NCBI GenBank assembly: GCA_963785235.1
Contig: CAWAUM010000007.1
Location: 128,001 to 192,000 of the forward strand
Length of the DNA stretch: 64,000 nt
Direction of reading: 5' to 3'
DNA from: an uncultured delta proteobacterium
Lineage (GTDB): Bacteria; Desulfobacterota; Desulfomonilia; UBA1062
In this document: in pieces, positions 45,623 to 56,355 of the stretch
How positions within the stretch are numbered: position 1 is the stretch's first letter
How the letters are laid out: every line of letters starts with the position of its first letter
The notes under the pieces: model-generated
Seen by the model: only the letters and a program-made list of their open reading frames with translations
The model's database searches: none
Told to the model about the DNA's origin: nothing
Translations under genes and position numbers: made by a program

Positions 45623-47161
45623 TCATTCCCACTCTATGGTGCTTGGTGGTTTTGAGCTGATGTCATAGACCACCCGATTCACTCCCTTGACCTCATTGAT
45701 GATGCGGGTGGAGATTTTTGCCAGCAGATCATAGGGGATCTTTACCCAGTCCGCTGTCATGCCGTCCAGGCTGTGCACTGCACGGATGGAAATGACATTG
45801 GCATAGGTGCGCTCATCACCCATAACCCCTACGCTCTTGACAGGCAGCAGCACGGCGAAGGACTGCCAGACGTCCTTATATCCTTCCCATCGTACCATCT
45901 CCTCATGCACCCGTCGGTCCGCCTCCTGGAGGATTTTCACGTTCTCTCTGGTTACCTCCCCAAGGATGCGCACTGCAAGGCCCGGACCCGGGAAAGGCTG
46001 ACGTTTGAGGATGGAATCAGGCAGACCCAGTTCCTTGCCGAGCACCCTCACCTCATCCTTGAAGAGCTCCTTTAAAGGCTCTATGAGCGTGAACTTCAGG
46101 TCTTCAGGCAGGCCGCCCACATTGTGGTGGCTCTTGATCATGGCGGACGGCCCCCCCTTGGCGGACCTGCTCTCGATGACATCAGGGTATAAGGTCCCCT
46201 GGGCGAGGAAGTCGGCGCCACCGATACGGTCGGCCTCTTTATAGAATACATCGATAAAGGTCCGGCCGATGATCTTGCGCTTCTCTTCGGGCTCGGTCAC
46301 CCCGGCAAAGGCCTTGAAGAAGCGATCCTTCGAATCCACGATATCGAGGTTCAACGGGTAAACCTCGGTAAAGGTTGTGCGGATCTCCTCGGCCTCACCC
46401 CCGCGAAGCACACCGTTGTCAACGAAGATTGCCGTCATCTGCTTCCCTATGGCCTTGTCCATAAGGGCTGCCACAACCGCCGAGTCTACACCGCCGGACA
46501 TGCCGCAGATGACACGGGCATCACCGACTTGCGCCCTTATGCTCTTTATGGATTCTTCGATGAACCCCTTCATGGTCCAGCCGCCCGAACACCGGGCAAT
46601 CTTGAAAAGGAAATTTCTCAAGAGCTCTATGCCTTTGGGTGTATGCACCACCTCAGGGTGAAACTGCACACCGTAAATCTTCCGGCTCTCATCCCCCATG
46701 GCAGCCACAACGCACGAGCTTGTATTGGCAAGTATGGAATAACCCTTGGGCGGGATTGCTACATGGTCGCCGTGGCTCATCCAGACATCAAGGCTGCTGT
46801 CGAGTCCATCGAAGAGCCCGCCTGGTTTGATCACCTCAATTGTGGCAGGACCATATTCTCGGGCTATCCCGCGTTCGAGTTTTCCGCCAAGGATAACCGA
46901 AAGGAGCTGCAGTCCGTAGCAGATGCCGAGCACAGGGATACCGAGATTGAAGATTTCGGCATCAATCTCAGGATGATCCTTGTCGAGTACCGAGGCAGGA
47001 CCGCCGGAAAGGACCACTGCCTTGGGCGACAGGGCGCTGAGCTCGACGTGGGAGATGTCATGGGGAAGTATCTCACAGTACACGCCGCACTCCCTGATAC
47101 GTCGTGAAATAAGCTGGGCATACTGGGAACCGAAGTCGAGGACCGCTACAAGCTCACGCAT
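45623..47161 (-). CDS. guaA: GMP synthase (glutamine-hydrolysing)
   Basis: LDFGSQY, GICYG, QFHPEV, SGGVDS, IKSHHNVGGLP, KPPSTIEWE. Confidence 0.98.
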   Translation of the reverse strand: MRELVAVLDFGSQYAQLISRRIRECGVYCEILPHDISHVELSALSPKAVVLSGGPASVLDKDHPEIDAEIFNLGIPVLGICYGLQLLSVILGGKLERGIAREYGPATIEVIKPGGLFDGLDSSLDVWMSHGDHVAIPPKGYSILANTSSCVVAAMGDESRKIYGVQFHPEVVHTPKGIELLRNFLFKIARCSGGWTMKGFIEESIKSIRAQVGDARVICGMSGGVDSAVVAALMDKAIGKQMTAIFVDNGVLRGGEAEEIRTTFTEVYPLNLDIVDSKDRFFKAFAGVTEPEEKRKIIGRTFIDVFYKEADRIGGADFLAQGTLYPDVIESRSAKGGPSAMIKSHHNVGGLPEDLKFTLIEPLKELFKDEVRVLGKELGLPDSILKRQPFPGPGLAVRILGEVTRENVKILQEADRRVHEEMVRWEGYKDVWQSFAVLLPVKSVGVMGDERTYANVISIRAVHSLDGMTADWVKIPYDLLAKISTRIINEVKGVNRVVYDISSKPPSTIEWE

Positions 47162-47239
47162 TGATCATTACTCCATATAGCCATCAGGAAAGATATTTTC
47201 TGTCCAATTCTGCAAAGGGTGGAACTCACTTGTCATGAT

Positions 47240-48073
47240 TTATACCCTGACCATGACCTCTCCGGCGAAGACCGTATCCACAGGGCCCATAAGCCAGACC
47301 TGGGAATAATTGTTGCCCAGTTCGGCAAAGTCGATCTTCAGCTGGCCGCCTTTCATATCCACGAACACCGGTGTGCTTGCGACCTTTCCCAGGTTCTTCG
47401 AGATAATGGCGGATGCCACGGCTCCCGTGCCGCATGCAAGGGTCTCATCCTCCACCCCGCGCTCGTAGGTGCGTACACGGATACGGTTGCCTTCAAGCAC
47501 CTGCACGAAATCGGCATTGGTCCCAGCCGGACTGAAGCGGCTGTGAAATCTGACGGCCCGGCCGAGCTCTGCTACCGGGACAGTATCTACGGATTCGAAA
47601 AAGATAATAGCATGGGGAACACCCGTGTTGATGAAGTGCGCTGTAAGGGGTTTGGCCAGGACATCAATTGCGATGTCGGTTTCCAGTCCGAAAGGCGCTG
47701 TCATCTCGATGGCAATGTTTTCTCCATCAATCCTGGCGCCTATGGTGCCTGCAAGTGTCTTGAAACGCATGGGAGTTTTTGCGATGCCCTGCTGATGGGC
47801 AAAAAGGGCTGCACACCGAGCGCCGTTGCCACACATCTCGGCCTCGCTTCCGTCGGCATTGAAGATCCGGAAGGTGAAATCGGTATCCGTATCTTCACCC
47901 AGCACGATGACACCATCTGCGCCTATGCCGGTCTTCAAGGTGCAGGCGCTGATTGCAAAGGCCTGCCAGTCAAGATGAACAGGGTTTTTTACATTGTTCA
48001 CCATGATAAAGTCATTTCCTGCCCCTGCCATCTTGGTGAAGGGAACCCTTATCTCACCGGCTGTTGACCCCAT
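47240..48073 (-). CDS. dapF: Diaminopimelate epimerase
   Basis: KM.GAGNDF, EMCGNGARC, TYERGVEDETLACGTG. Confidence 0.96.
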   Translation of the reverse strand: MGSTAGEIRVPFTKMAGAGNDFIMVNNVKNPVHLDWQAFAISACTLKTGIGADGVIVLGEDTDTDFTFRIFNADGSEAEMCGNGARCAALFAHQQGIAKTPMRFKTLAGTIGARIDGENIAIEMTAPFGLETDIAIDVLAKPLTAHFINTGVPHAIIFFESVDTVPVAELGRAVRFHSRFSPAGTNADFVQVLEGNRIRVRTYERGVEDETLACGTGAVASAIISKNLGKVASTPVFVDMKGGQLKIDFAELGNNYSQVWLMGPVDTVFAGEVMVRV

Positions 48074-48322
48074 GACCTCTTGTTCCCCCTGGTAGTAAAA
48101 AAATTGTATTTTTTATGTGATATTCAAGGTATTGTTGACTTAACAGAGTAAGGGGTATGCGTCAAGAATGGAAGCAGTGTGTCTTATGGCTGAATCATTC
48201 ATTAACAAGCATAAATAATGTTGGTGTCCCTATTGTTCTCACCAGTAATAGCTACTATATACAATAAAGAACATATCGTCTTCACATGAGTTAATTTGTA
48301 TATATGCATGGGGACATAAAAC

Positions 48323-50102
48323 ATGAATGATGAGAATCTGCACAGAGAAGATCTCCTAAAGGCCCTGGCCGAAGCCCGTCAGACAATCGCCGAACTGAGT
48401 AACATGGCAGCCGAGCAGAAGAAGGTTGAGGAATCCCTGCGTGAGGGTGCAGAAAAATACCGCATGCATTTCTCTCTGGCAAACGATGTCATGTTCACTT
48501 ACGATAACCAGTTCAGGGTTCTCAGTGTCTCTCCCAACGTAGAAAGGGTGCTGGGGTACAAACCTGAGGAGCTGATCGGCGGGACCTTTCAGGGTCTTCA
48601 TGTTCTGCACCCGGATTATATGGAACTGGCGTTCAGTAACGCACTGAAGGTTCTCTCAGGAAATACTGTATATTCTTCAATTTATGAGTTTATCACGAAA
48701 GACGGGTCAAGAAAATTCGGAGAGGTCAGCGGTGTCCCTGTTTTCCGTGATGACAAGGTCGTAGAGGTGATTACCGTGGCCAGGGATATTACCAAACGCA
48801 TGGATATGGAAAAATCCCTGCAGGAAAGCGAGGAAAGATACCGGAACACCCTGCAGAGCATGCCGGATGCGGTGAGCATTATCCGGGTTCAGGACTTGGA
48901 ATATCTCTACACTAATGACGCATTCAGCAAGATAACCGGGTACTCCCCTGATGAGACCATTGGGAAAACGCCTTCTGACCTGAATCTGCCCGTGAGTTCA
49001 GATGTTATTGATCAATGCATTGAGATCATAAAAGACAGCAGATCAACTGACAGCCTTGAGCAACAGTGCCGTAAGAAGGATGGAACCATTATCGACACCC
49101 TTATTTCTGCCAGACCGATTCACTACAGCGGAGATAACGCCATGATCATGGTTATGGCAGATATAACTGCTCTTAAACAGATGGAAGAAGAGAAGAAGAG
49201 GTTGGAGATACAGTCACAGAAAATGGATTCCATTGCTACATTAGCAAGTGGCATTGCCCATGATTTTAATAATCTCCTTACAACCATCATCGGATTCACA
49301 AAGATGACAATGAAAGATATCGTGGGACATTCCAAGGGCGAGATAGACTTAAGCGTAGTCCGCAGCGATCTGGGTGAAGTGCGTAATGCAGCCTTACGGG
49401 CAAGAGACCTTGTGAATCATATTCTGGCATTCAGCCGGCATACCGAGAAGGAATATGAGCCACATGGACCTTGGTTCGACAGTACAAGATTCGCTCAAAG
49501 CATTGAGCCCGACATTTCCTGCAAACATCAGGATTCGAGAAGACATTGCAGATTCAAAGATGATCCTGGGTGATCCTGTTCAGATTCATCAGGTAATGAT
49601 GAACCTTTGTACCAATGCCGCCTATGCCATGGATAAAGCTGGAGGTGAGCTCGATGTGAGCATTGCAAGGATTGCAGTAGGTCAAGACGCTGCAACCCTT
49701 AACCTGGATGTGCCTTCAGGGCCATATGTAAGGTTGACCGTCAGGGATACCGGCCATGGTATGACAAATAAGGTTATGGTGCGGATCTTTGATCCCTATT
49801 TTACCACCAAATTCAATGGAAGAGGTACCGGCCTCGGATTATCGGTTGTTCACGGTATTGTGAAAAGTCATGGAGGCACAATCGTCTGTAAGAGTGCCCC
49901 GGGGAAAGGAACCACCTTTGATATTTACCTTCCCGAGTTTGAATTGAAAAAGCAGCAGGATGGAAAAATCATCAATACATCCAGTTCAAGCGAGAACAAG
50001 AGAATCCTCAATCTTGATGATGAACTATCTGCCAATGAGATGGTGAACAAGACAAAAGACAATAAACGGATATTCATCGATCCCAAAAACAAACAGACAT
50101 AA
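48323..50102 (+). CDS. Cytoplasmic 2xPAS histidine kinase with truncated receiver remnant; frameshift ~49460
   Basis: Two PAS domains, GIAHDFNNLL, NLCTNA, DTGHG, FDPYFTTK, GTGLGL; tail KRILNLDDE. Confidence 0.88.
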
Positions 50103-50270
50103 TTACATTACATCGTTGAACTCATCCCTGTATCTGGCCACTCCGGCAATACCTTATAATAAGACAGGATTCATGTTAATGATCATAAAAACCTCATCTG
50201 GTACGCCATCTTGCCGGCCTGATAATCCATGCCATAAGGCAGGCTCAAAACCAAATCGAGGATAGTATTT
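50103..50270 (-). pseudogene. C-terminal remnant of a YhbS-like GNAT acetyltransferase
   Basis: KYYPRFGFEPA...DGVPDEVFM...LL*GIAGVARYRDEFNDVM*, with an internal in-frame TAA and no 5' part. Confidence 0.75.
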
Positions 50271-50389
50271 CAATTTCTTAAAGTACAAAAATGAGCAAAC
50301 TCAGGTATAATGAAACAATAATGTTGAAATAGATCAAGAGATAAGTGAAATTAATTTAATAAAAACAATGCAGTATTGGATTGAGGATT

Positions 50390-50405
50390 TGGCATCGTCC
50401 TTGCT
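50390..50405 (+). promoter_or_regulatory. Sigma54 (-24/-12) promoter upstream of glnA
   Basis: TGGCATCGTCCTTGCT, GG-N10-GC spacing, preceded by an AT-rich tract. Confidence 0.75.
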
Positions 50406-50699
50406 CAAAGAAGAAGCGGGACGAAATGAAAGGAGGATTTCACAAAGACCGGATCAGACGACAGGCAAGGGTGACAGGGCAGTTCCATAAACTATTTTAC
50501 CGCTGCTGTTTTGAACTGATAACATAAGGACGCCCCCAATGCTTTCCCTCAGAAGAAAATTTACTCCGGATTTGCATTGAATAGGTATCCTGGCTGATTT
50601 AATATATTTGTAAGTAATTCAAGGAGAGAACACAAATAACAATTCCAGATTTAGTGCCCGAGTTCATTTTACAGAACTATTATACTAAATGGAGGAGCA

Positions 50700-52869
50700 A
50701 TGAAGGTTATAAATCCAATTACAGCTTCAGAGAGAAATTATTTCATTGAGAAAGAAAAAGAAGTACAGATATCGAAGTATTACGGGGAGGACATTTTCAG
50801 CGCCAAGGTAATGCAGCAGAAGCTTCCCAAAGATGTCTACCTGCGCGTTATCGAAATCATCAATGAAGGGCGGAAGATGGATGCCGAGACCGCAAACTCA
50901 GTCGCTCATGCCATAAAAGAATGGGCTATCGACAAGGGGGCCACACATTACTGTCACTGGTTCCAGCCCATGACCGGCTCCACCGCAGAAAAGCACGATG
51001 CGTTCATCGAATTCACGGGTTCAGGCAATATTATCGAGAGATTTTCAGGCAAACAGCTCATTCAGGGCGAACCTGATGCATCAAGTTTTCCCAGCGGAGG
51101 ATTACGGTCCACCTTTGAAGCCCGCGGCTATACTGCATGGGATCCGACAAGCCCCGCCTTTATCATCAGAAACGGACTGGGCACAACCCTGTTCATCCCG
51201 ACCATATTCATCTCGTACACAGGCGAGGCACTTGACAAAAAGACCCCGCTTCTGCGTTCCATCAGCGCCATAAACAAAAGCGCAATCAACATGATGCGCC
51301 TTCTCGGCAACAACGAATCGAAGAAGGTATTCGCTACACTCGGACCCGAACAGGAATATTTCCTCATCGATCAGGATTATTATTACAAGAGGCAGGACCT
51401 GGTCTTAAGCGGCCGGAGCCTTTTTGGAGCAACACCGCCCAAAGGCCAGCAGCTGGAAGACCAGTATTTCGGCAGCATCAAGGAAAGGATCCTGTCCTTC
51501 ATGCACGATGTCGAAGAAGAGCTCTATAAGCTCGGCATACCTGCAAAGACCAGACATAACGAGGTGGCTCCCAGCCAGTTCGAAATCGCCCCCATCTTTG
51601 AAGAGGCAAACCTTGCCGCAGACCATAACCAGCTCGTCATGGAAACCATGAAGCGGGTTGCCACGACCCACAAGCTCAGGCTGCTGCTCCATGAAAAGCC
51701 ATTTGCCGGGATCAACGGCTCGGGAAAGCATGTAAACTGGTCTCTTTCGGACGACCTGGGCAACAACATGCTCAATCCGGGCAAGACCCCTCATGACAAT
51801 ATACAATTCCTCGTGTTCCTCATGGCCACTATCAAGGCCGTTAATACCCATGCAGATCTGCTCAGGGCATCCGTGGCATCGGCCGGCAATGATCACAGGC
51901 TTGGTGCCAATGAAGCTCCTCCGGCAATCATTTCCATATTCCTTGGCGAGCAGCTTACCAAGATCCTGGACAACATCGAGAAGGGCAAGATCACAAAGGC
52001 TACCGACGAAGCGATCATAGACCTCGGGGTCTCGAAGCTGCCGGTCCTCAGCAAGGACAGTACGGATCGGAACAGGACATCGCCCTTCGCATTCACCGGC
52101 AACAAATTTGAATTCCGGGCCGTAGGCTCTTCGCAGTCCATTTCTTTCCCGGCGACAATTCTCAATACCATAGTTGCCGAGAGTCTTGATATTCTGGCCA
52201 AAAAAATCAAGGCAAAGGGCGGAAAGGTGAACCAGGCAGCACTGGACGTAATCAAAGAAGAAGTGAAAGCCAATAAGGCAGTGCTGTTCATGGGTGATAA
52301 TTACACCAAGGAATGGGAAGACGAAGCAGCAAAGAGAGGACTGCCGAACAAGAAGACAAGCTGCGAAGCGCTGAAGGACATCAAAACCGACAAGGCCGTC
52401 AAGCTCTTTGAAAAGTATGGCGTGCTCTCCCCTGTAGAGCTGAAATCACGCTACCATGTCCGTCTTGAGAGATACATCAAGGAGATCGACATCGAGGCAG
52501 TTACGCTCTTCAACATGGTACAGAACCAGATTATTCCGGCTGCTGTAACCTATCAGAAGAACATCGCCAACTTCTGTCAGATCAGCAATTGATGTCATCG
52601 GAGAGGGCAAAGAGCTTAAGCCGCAGAAAGAGCTTGTCAAGACGGTAAGCGACCTGATCAGCGATACACAGAATCTGGTCAATGAACTCAAGGGCAAGAT
52701 TGACAAGGCAAATTCCATCGCATCAGAAGAAAAAAAGGCAGTTTATTTCTGCGATGAGATTAAAATGACCATGGCTGACATCAGGGACAAGGTAGATACC
52801 CTTGAGCATTACGTGGACAATGAGCTGTGGCCGGTGCCCAAGTATTGGGAGATGCTCTTTATCAGCTAG
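50700..52869 (+). CDS. glnA: Glutamine synthetase type III; frameshift ~52575
   Basis: HWFQPMTG.TAEKHD, GEPDASSFPSGG, HNEVAP.Q.E, NDHRLGANEAPP, DRNRTSPFAFTGNKFEFR, WPVPKY. Confidence 0.95.
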
Positions 52870-52915
52870 AAGATTCTGCAGAATTGAATAGGTAAAGATC
52901 AATAAGGGTACCATC

Positions 52916-52955
52916 AAAACAAAAGGCGGCTATTAAGATTGCCGCCTTTTGTTTT
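52916..52955. terminator. Bidirectional rho-independent terminator
   Basis: AAAACAAAAGGCGGC-N10-GCCGCCTTTTGTTTT. Confidence 0.88.
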
Positions 52956-53250
52956 TCACTTCATTATCGGTTTTTCAAATATTGTTTCAAGTCTCGGTAG
53001 TAATTCTCATGAGGCCCGATTATTACATTTTCTTGTGTATTAGTAATACAATCTGAAGATAGTAGATTTCATTCTATAGATGATGAGGACCACCATAAGC
53101 ATTTTCAAAATGGTGTCCCCAGACTTCCCAAGTCCGATGGCATCATGCTAAAATCATCCATTACTCCGTGGCTCTGACCATCAATCTCGATCTCTGCGGG
53201 AAGTCAGTATCCATCAGTTCTGATAATTTTCAGATTAATTTTTAGTGATT

Positions 53251-53304
53251 GGCCGACGCCATGCATCAGCGGCGGCTTTAGCCGTCCGGCGGATGCGATT
53301 GGCA
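53251..53304 (-). other. attC site (degenerate) ending the Phd-RelE cassette
   Basis: Minus strand TGCCAAT-CG-CATCCGCCGGACGGCTAAAGCCGCCGCTGATG-CATGGC-GTCGGCC. Confidence 0.75.
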
Positions 53305-53307
53305 GGT

Positions 53308-53643
53308 TTATGGCTTACTATTGATGAATCTTTTCAAAAGGATATCTTCAACATTCTGCCGTGAATCTAACACAGATAAAATATAAACACTTTTTTTCGA
53401 TATCCTATAGATAACTCTCCAGGGAGAAATGATTAATTCGCGATATTGCATGATTCCTTGCTCTAGAAGTTCAGGAACTATACGACCTCTGTCTGGATAT
53501 GCATATAGGCTTGATGTGCGTTCTTTAAATTCCTTGAACTTTTCAAAGGCAATAGAGGGCCTTTCTATGGCGATGTATTCTATGATGCTTATGAGATCTT
53601 TCTCTGATGTCTCAGGCCATCTGACATCATATATTTTTTTCAT
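53308..53643 (-). CDS. RelE/ParE-family toxin
   Basis: Y.VRW...SEKDL..IIEYIA, P..GRIVPEL, YRELII.PWRVIYR, LSVLDSRQ. Confidence 0.88.
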   Translation of the reverse strand: MKKIYDVRWPETSEKDLISIIEYIAIERPSIAFEKFKEFKERTSSLYAYPDRGRIVPELLEQGIMQYRELIISPWRVIYRISKKSVYILSVLDSRQNVEDILLKRFINSKP

Positions 53644-53921
53644 TTCCTTTTTTCTCTCAGAATAGTCTCTATATTTGAAAAAACTTCCTCTTGAGATTTT
53701 GACTTTCCATTCTTAATATCCTCTTCGCCTTGGGAGATCAGCTTTAATATGCCGATGGCATTTCTCATATTCTCATAACTTTCAGGATCCTGTAACACGG
53801 CCTTTGCTTCTCCATTTTGAGTAATGAAAACTGGTCGATGAGTCTCGTTAATTTGCTTGAGCAAATCAGCCGCTCTCGATTTAAGATAGGTAATGGGTCT
53901 GATATCTTTTGAAATATTCAC
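53640..53921 (-). CDS. Phd/YefM-family antitoxin
   Basis: DIRPITYLK, PVFITQNGEAKAVLQD..SYE; 4-nt overlap with the toxin. Confidence 0.9.
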   Translation of the reverse strand: MNISKDIRPITYLKSRAADLLKQINETHRPVFITQNGEAKAVLQDPESYENMRNAIGILKLISQGEEDIKNGKSKSQEEVFSNIETILREKRK

Positions 53922-53932
53922 ATTAGCACCTC

Positions 53933-53970
53933 CGGTCTATATATGGTACCATAATAAGACCGATTGTCAA
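53933..53970 (-). promoter_or_regulatory. Cassette-internal promoter and operator of the Phd-RelE module
   Basis: TTGACA-N16-TACCAT with TG extension; CGGTCT...AGACCG inverted repeat overlapping it. Confidence 0.7.
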
Positions 53971-53988
53971 GATTTATAGGGGGCCTAC

Positions 53989-54049
53989 TGCCAACGACGG
54001 CGATCACCGGCCCGGGGAACGCGGGACCGCGTGGATTGCATGGTTATAT
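53989..54049 (-). other. attC site ending the VapBC cassette
   Basis: R'' ATATAAC overlapping the vapC stop; L'' AATCCACG / L' GGTGATC; R' GTTGGCA. Confidence 0.9.
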
Positions 54050-54439
54050 GTCGATTATTTCTAGGCCTATAAATTTAACCATAGGATCGAAATCCCGGTC
54101 GCAATGCAGTAGGGTAAGCTGATTTTGGATACAGAAAGTTCCTATAATTATATCAATTGATTTCCTAACAGTAACACCCTTCTTCCTCAGATATCTGTAA
54201 TTAATGGCACTCTGCAAGGATAACGACTGACCGCCCATGGCCATATATGGAATACCTAAAAGGAGATCTTTAGCTGTCTTAAAATCCTTATCACTCTGAA
54301 ATCCTTGCAGCACTTCTGTTAGAATAAGATCGCCTATGATAATGGGCGTATTTCCAAGCGAGGAATCAAGCCAATCGGTTTGAGATGTTTGAATACCGTT
54401 AAAGTAGTCAATCCACACTGAAGAATCTATGAGAATCAC
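54044..54439 (-). CDS. vapC: VapC PIN-domain toxin
   Basis: MILIDSSVWID, EVLQG, RKKG.TVRK..D, LLH.DRDF. Confidence 0.93.
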   Translation of the reverse strand: MILIDSSVWIDYFNGIQTSQTDWLDSSLGNTPIIIGDLILTEVLQGFQSDKDFKTAKDLLLGIPYMAMGGQSLSLQSAINYRYLRKKGVTVRKSIDIIIGTFCIQNQLTLLHCDRDFDPMVKFIGLEIIDI

Positions 54440-54630
54440 TTGTCTAACCTCATCTCATCGAGATTCCCAGACCATTTTAACTTCCCACGAAATAGCTTGA
54501 TTTCTTTCTGGCGTTTCACTTGAACCAGTAGTCTTAAACCTTCTTCTATAGCATCTTTTTTCGTTTTGAGACCGGATACTTGAAGTGCTGATGCCATCAG
54601 CTCATCATCTACAACTACGTTCGTTCTCAT
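54436..54630 (-). CDS. vapB: VapB antitoxin
   Basis: MRTNVVVDDELM, GLKTKK..IEEGL, W.GNLDEMR. Confidence 0.92.
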   Translation of the reverse strand: MRTNVVVDDELMASALQVSGLKTKKDAIEEGLRLLVQVKRQKEIKLFRGKLKWSGNLDEMRLDK

Positions 54631-54644
54631 CTCCTACCTCCAAT

Positions 54645-54670
54645 GTGTATATGATGGACAAATTATACAC
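54645..54670 (-). promoter_or_regulatory. vapBC operator palindrome overlapping a -10 box
   Basis: GTGTATA-N12-TATACAC, with TATAAT on the minus strand at 54662-54667. Confidence 0.65.
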
Positions 54671-54702
54671 ACTAACGCGAAAAATTGAAAGATTTATTTC
54701 AC

Positions 54703-54798
54703 ATATAACGACCGGCATCAGCGGCCCTTGGGGCAGGTTTGCATTATATTCAGCAAAGCCGATCAGCTCCAGAGGTCCGCTGGATTAAATGGTTATGT
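54703..54798 (-). other. attC site ending the RidA cassette
   Basis: R'' ACATAAC, L'' AATCCAGC, long central hairpin, L' GCTGATG, R' GTTATAT. Confidence 0.9.
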
Positions 54799-54831
54799 GC
54801 GAAATCTGAGCATTCGATCATCATAGCACAA

Positions 54832-55227
54832 CTAAGCGATGGCAGTAGCTTCCAGTTCAACAAGCACCTCTGGAAATGCAAGACGGGTTATGCCAAGAAG
54901 CGTTTCCGCTGGCTTCACTCCCGCAGCACCGAGGCGTTTTCCCAGCACATCGAAATTCTGAACCAAGGAATCAACATCCACAGTGTATATGGTCAGGCGC
55001 ACAATATTGGCAAGAGTCATACCGGCTTCTTTCAGCACACACTCAAGGTTGTCCAATGCCAATGCAGTCTGAGCACGAATATCACCGGCATGTTGCGGGA
55101 TACCATCCGCATTGACTGCTGTCTGACCGGAACAGAAAAGAATTCGGGGTTGCCCGTCGATGAGTTCTCCTTGGCTGAATCCATAATGAAGCGACCAAGG
55201 CCAGGGGTTTATCGATGTTCGTTTCAT
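54832..55227 (-). CDS. RidA/YjgF (Rid) family protein
   Basis: FSQG, LFCSGQTA, QT..ALDNL..VL, LVELEATA. Confidence 0.88.
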   Translation of the reverse strand: MKRTSINPWPWSLHYGFSQGELIDGQPRILFCSGQTAVNADGIPQHAGDIRAQTALALDNLECVLKEAGMTLANIVRLTIYTVDVDSLVQNFDVLGKRLGAAGVKPAETLLGITRLAFPEVLVELEATAIA

Positions 55228-55255
55228 TGTCGTCTCCTTTTATTGTTGTCTTGGC

Positions 55256-55317
55256 ACATAACGTTTAGCATCACGGTCGGCGCGGTTAGCGACGTACCGT
55301 GGATGCTTTTGTTGGAA
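55256..55317 (-). other. attC site ending cassette 2
   Basis: R'' TTCCAAC, L'' CATCCACG, L' CGTGATG, R' GTTATGT. Confidence 0.9.
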
Positions 55318-56281
55318 TCTTTCTCTTTTGTATTTCGAACCACCGCCAGAAACCAAGAGACTCCAGAAGCAGTCGTCGAGCAACGTGCTGAACATTTATG
55401 ACATCATATCCTGTTAACACTCTCGTAATATCTTTTACGTTGTGAGCCGCAACACAGTCGCGAAGCCAATCCGAATATGCTATTGCATCAACTACATCTA
55501 TATCACAATCCCGTACGGGACCTCGTGACCAAGAGCACTTTCGTAAATAGGGGACACCTCTCCGTCTCTCGAGCTTTCGCATGGGGCCACGAACTGTCCA
55601 AAGGATGGGTTCGTCCAAATTAACTTTCGCTTTTTGCAATCGGTCCTCTAGGTTCTGTTTTACGGAAGGATTCCATTCCCCGTTTATTCGGCTTGGCTTT
55701 TTCGCAGAAGCACGCACCTCAAGCCCGATCTCTTCAATCACAGAGTATGCTGATAGGATTGCATGACAGAAAATAATGTGATCGCTGGGGAAGAATGAGA
55801 CGCCCAAATGTGGAGAACTGAAGGGTTCTAGATCAACATGATGTTGAGAATACAGACCTATGCTGAAGTTGTACTTCATTATTCCGTATGCCCACTTTCG
55901 ATTCCGCGAAGCCTTGGCTGCAATTGCACATGCAATCGGGATACTGCTCCTACTAACACAACCTGGCAAAGAAATCTCTCGTTCACGATCAGGATCACCA
56001 AGTAAGGCTGATTTGAGTTCGTTCATGTTGTAAGCAATAAGTTGGGTTTCCGCGTCAAAGACAGGGGGATAACCACCGAACAGATAAAGCGATGCTGAAA
56101 TCAAGTCTAAGCACGCTGGGCAATCGATTGAGAGGTTGTATGAATGATGATCTCATGAGAGTTACTGCATCGCCGATTCCTCTTTGACGATAAAGAGGCT
56201 TTCCAACCCGCTCCGTTACCGGTACTTTGGTTGTTCTGGCTCACGTAACCAAGCAAGAAGTCCTGTATGATATCGTTCCAT
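55286..56281 (-). CDS. Hypothetical cassette protein with HEPN-like motif; 5' frameshifts
   Basis: ATG at 56281 just inside the cassette; SAYSVIEE helix and RDCVAAH (Rx5H); stop lies within the attC. Confidence 0.55.
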
Positions 56282-56290
56282 TCTTTCTGA

Positions 56291-56349
56291 TTCCAACGAT
56301 GGCATCAGCCGCGCGCGTAAGCGCGTCGGCCTGGATGCACTTGTTGTGC
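56291..56349 (-). other. attC site ending cassette 1
   Basis: R'' GCACAAC, L'' CATCCAGG, L' GCTGATG, R' GTTGGAA. Confidence 0.9.
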
Positions 56350-56355
56350 CTGTAT

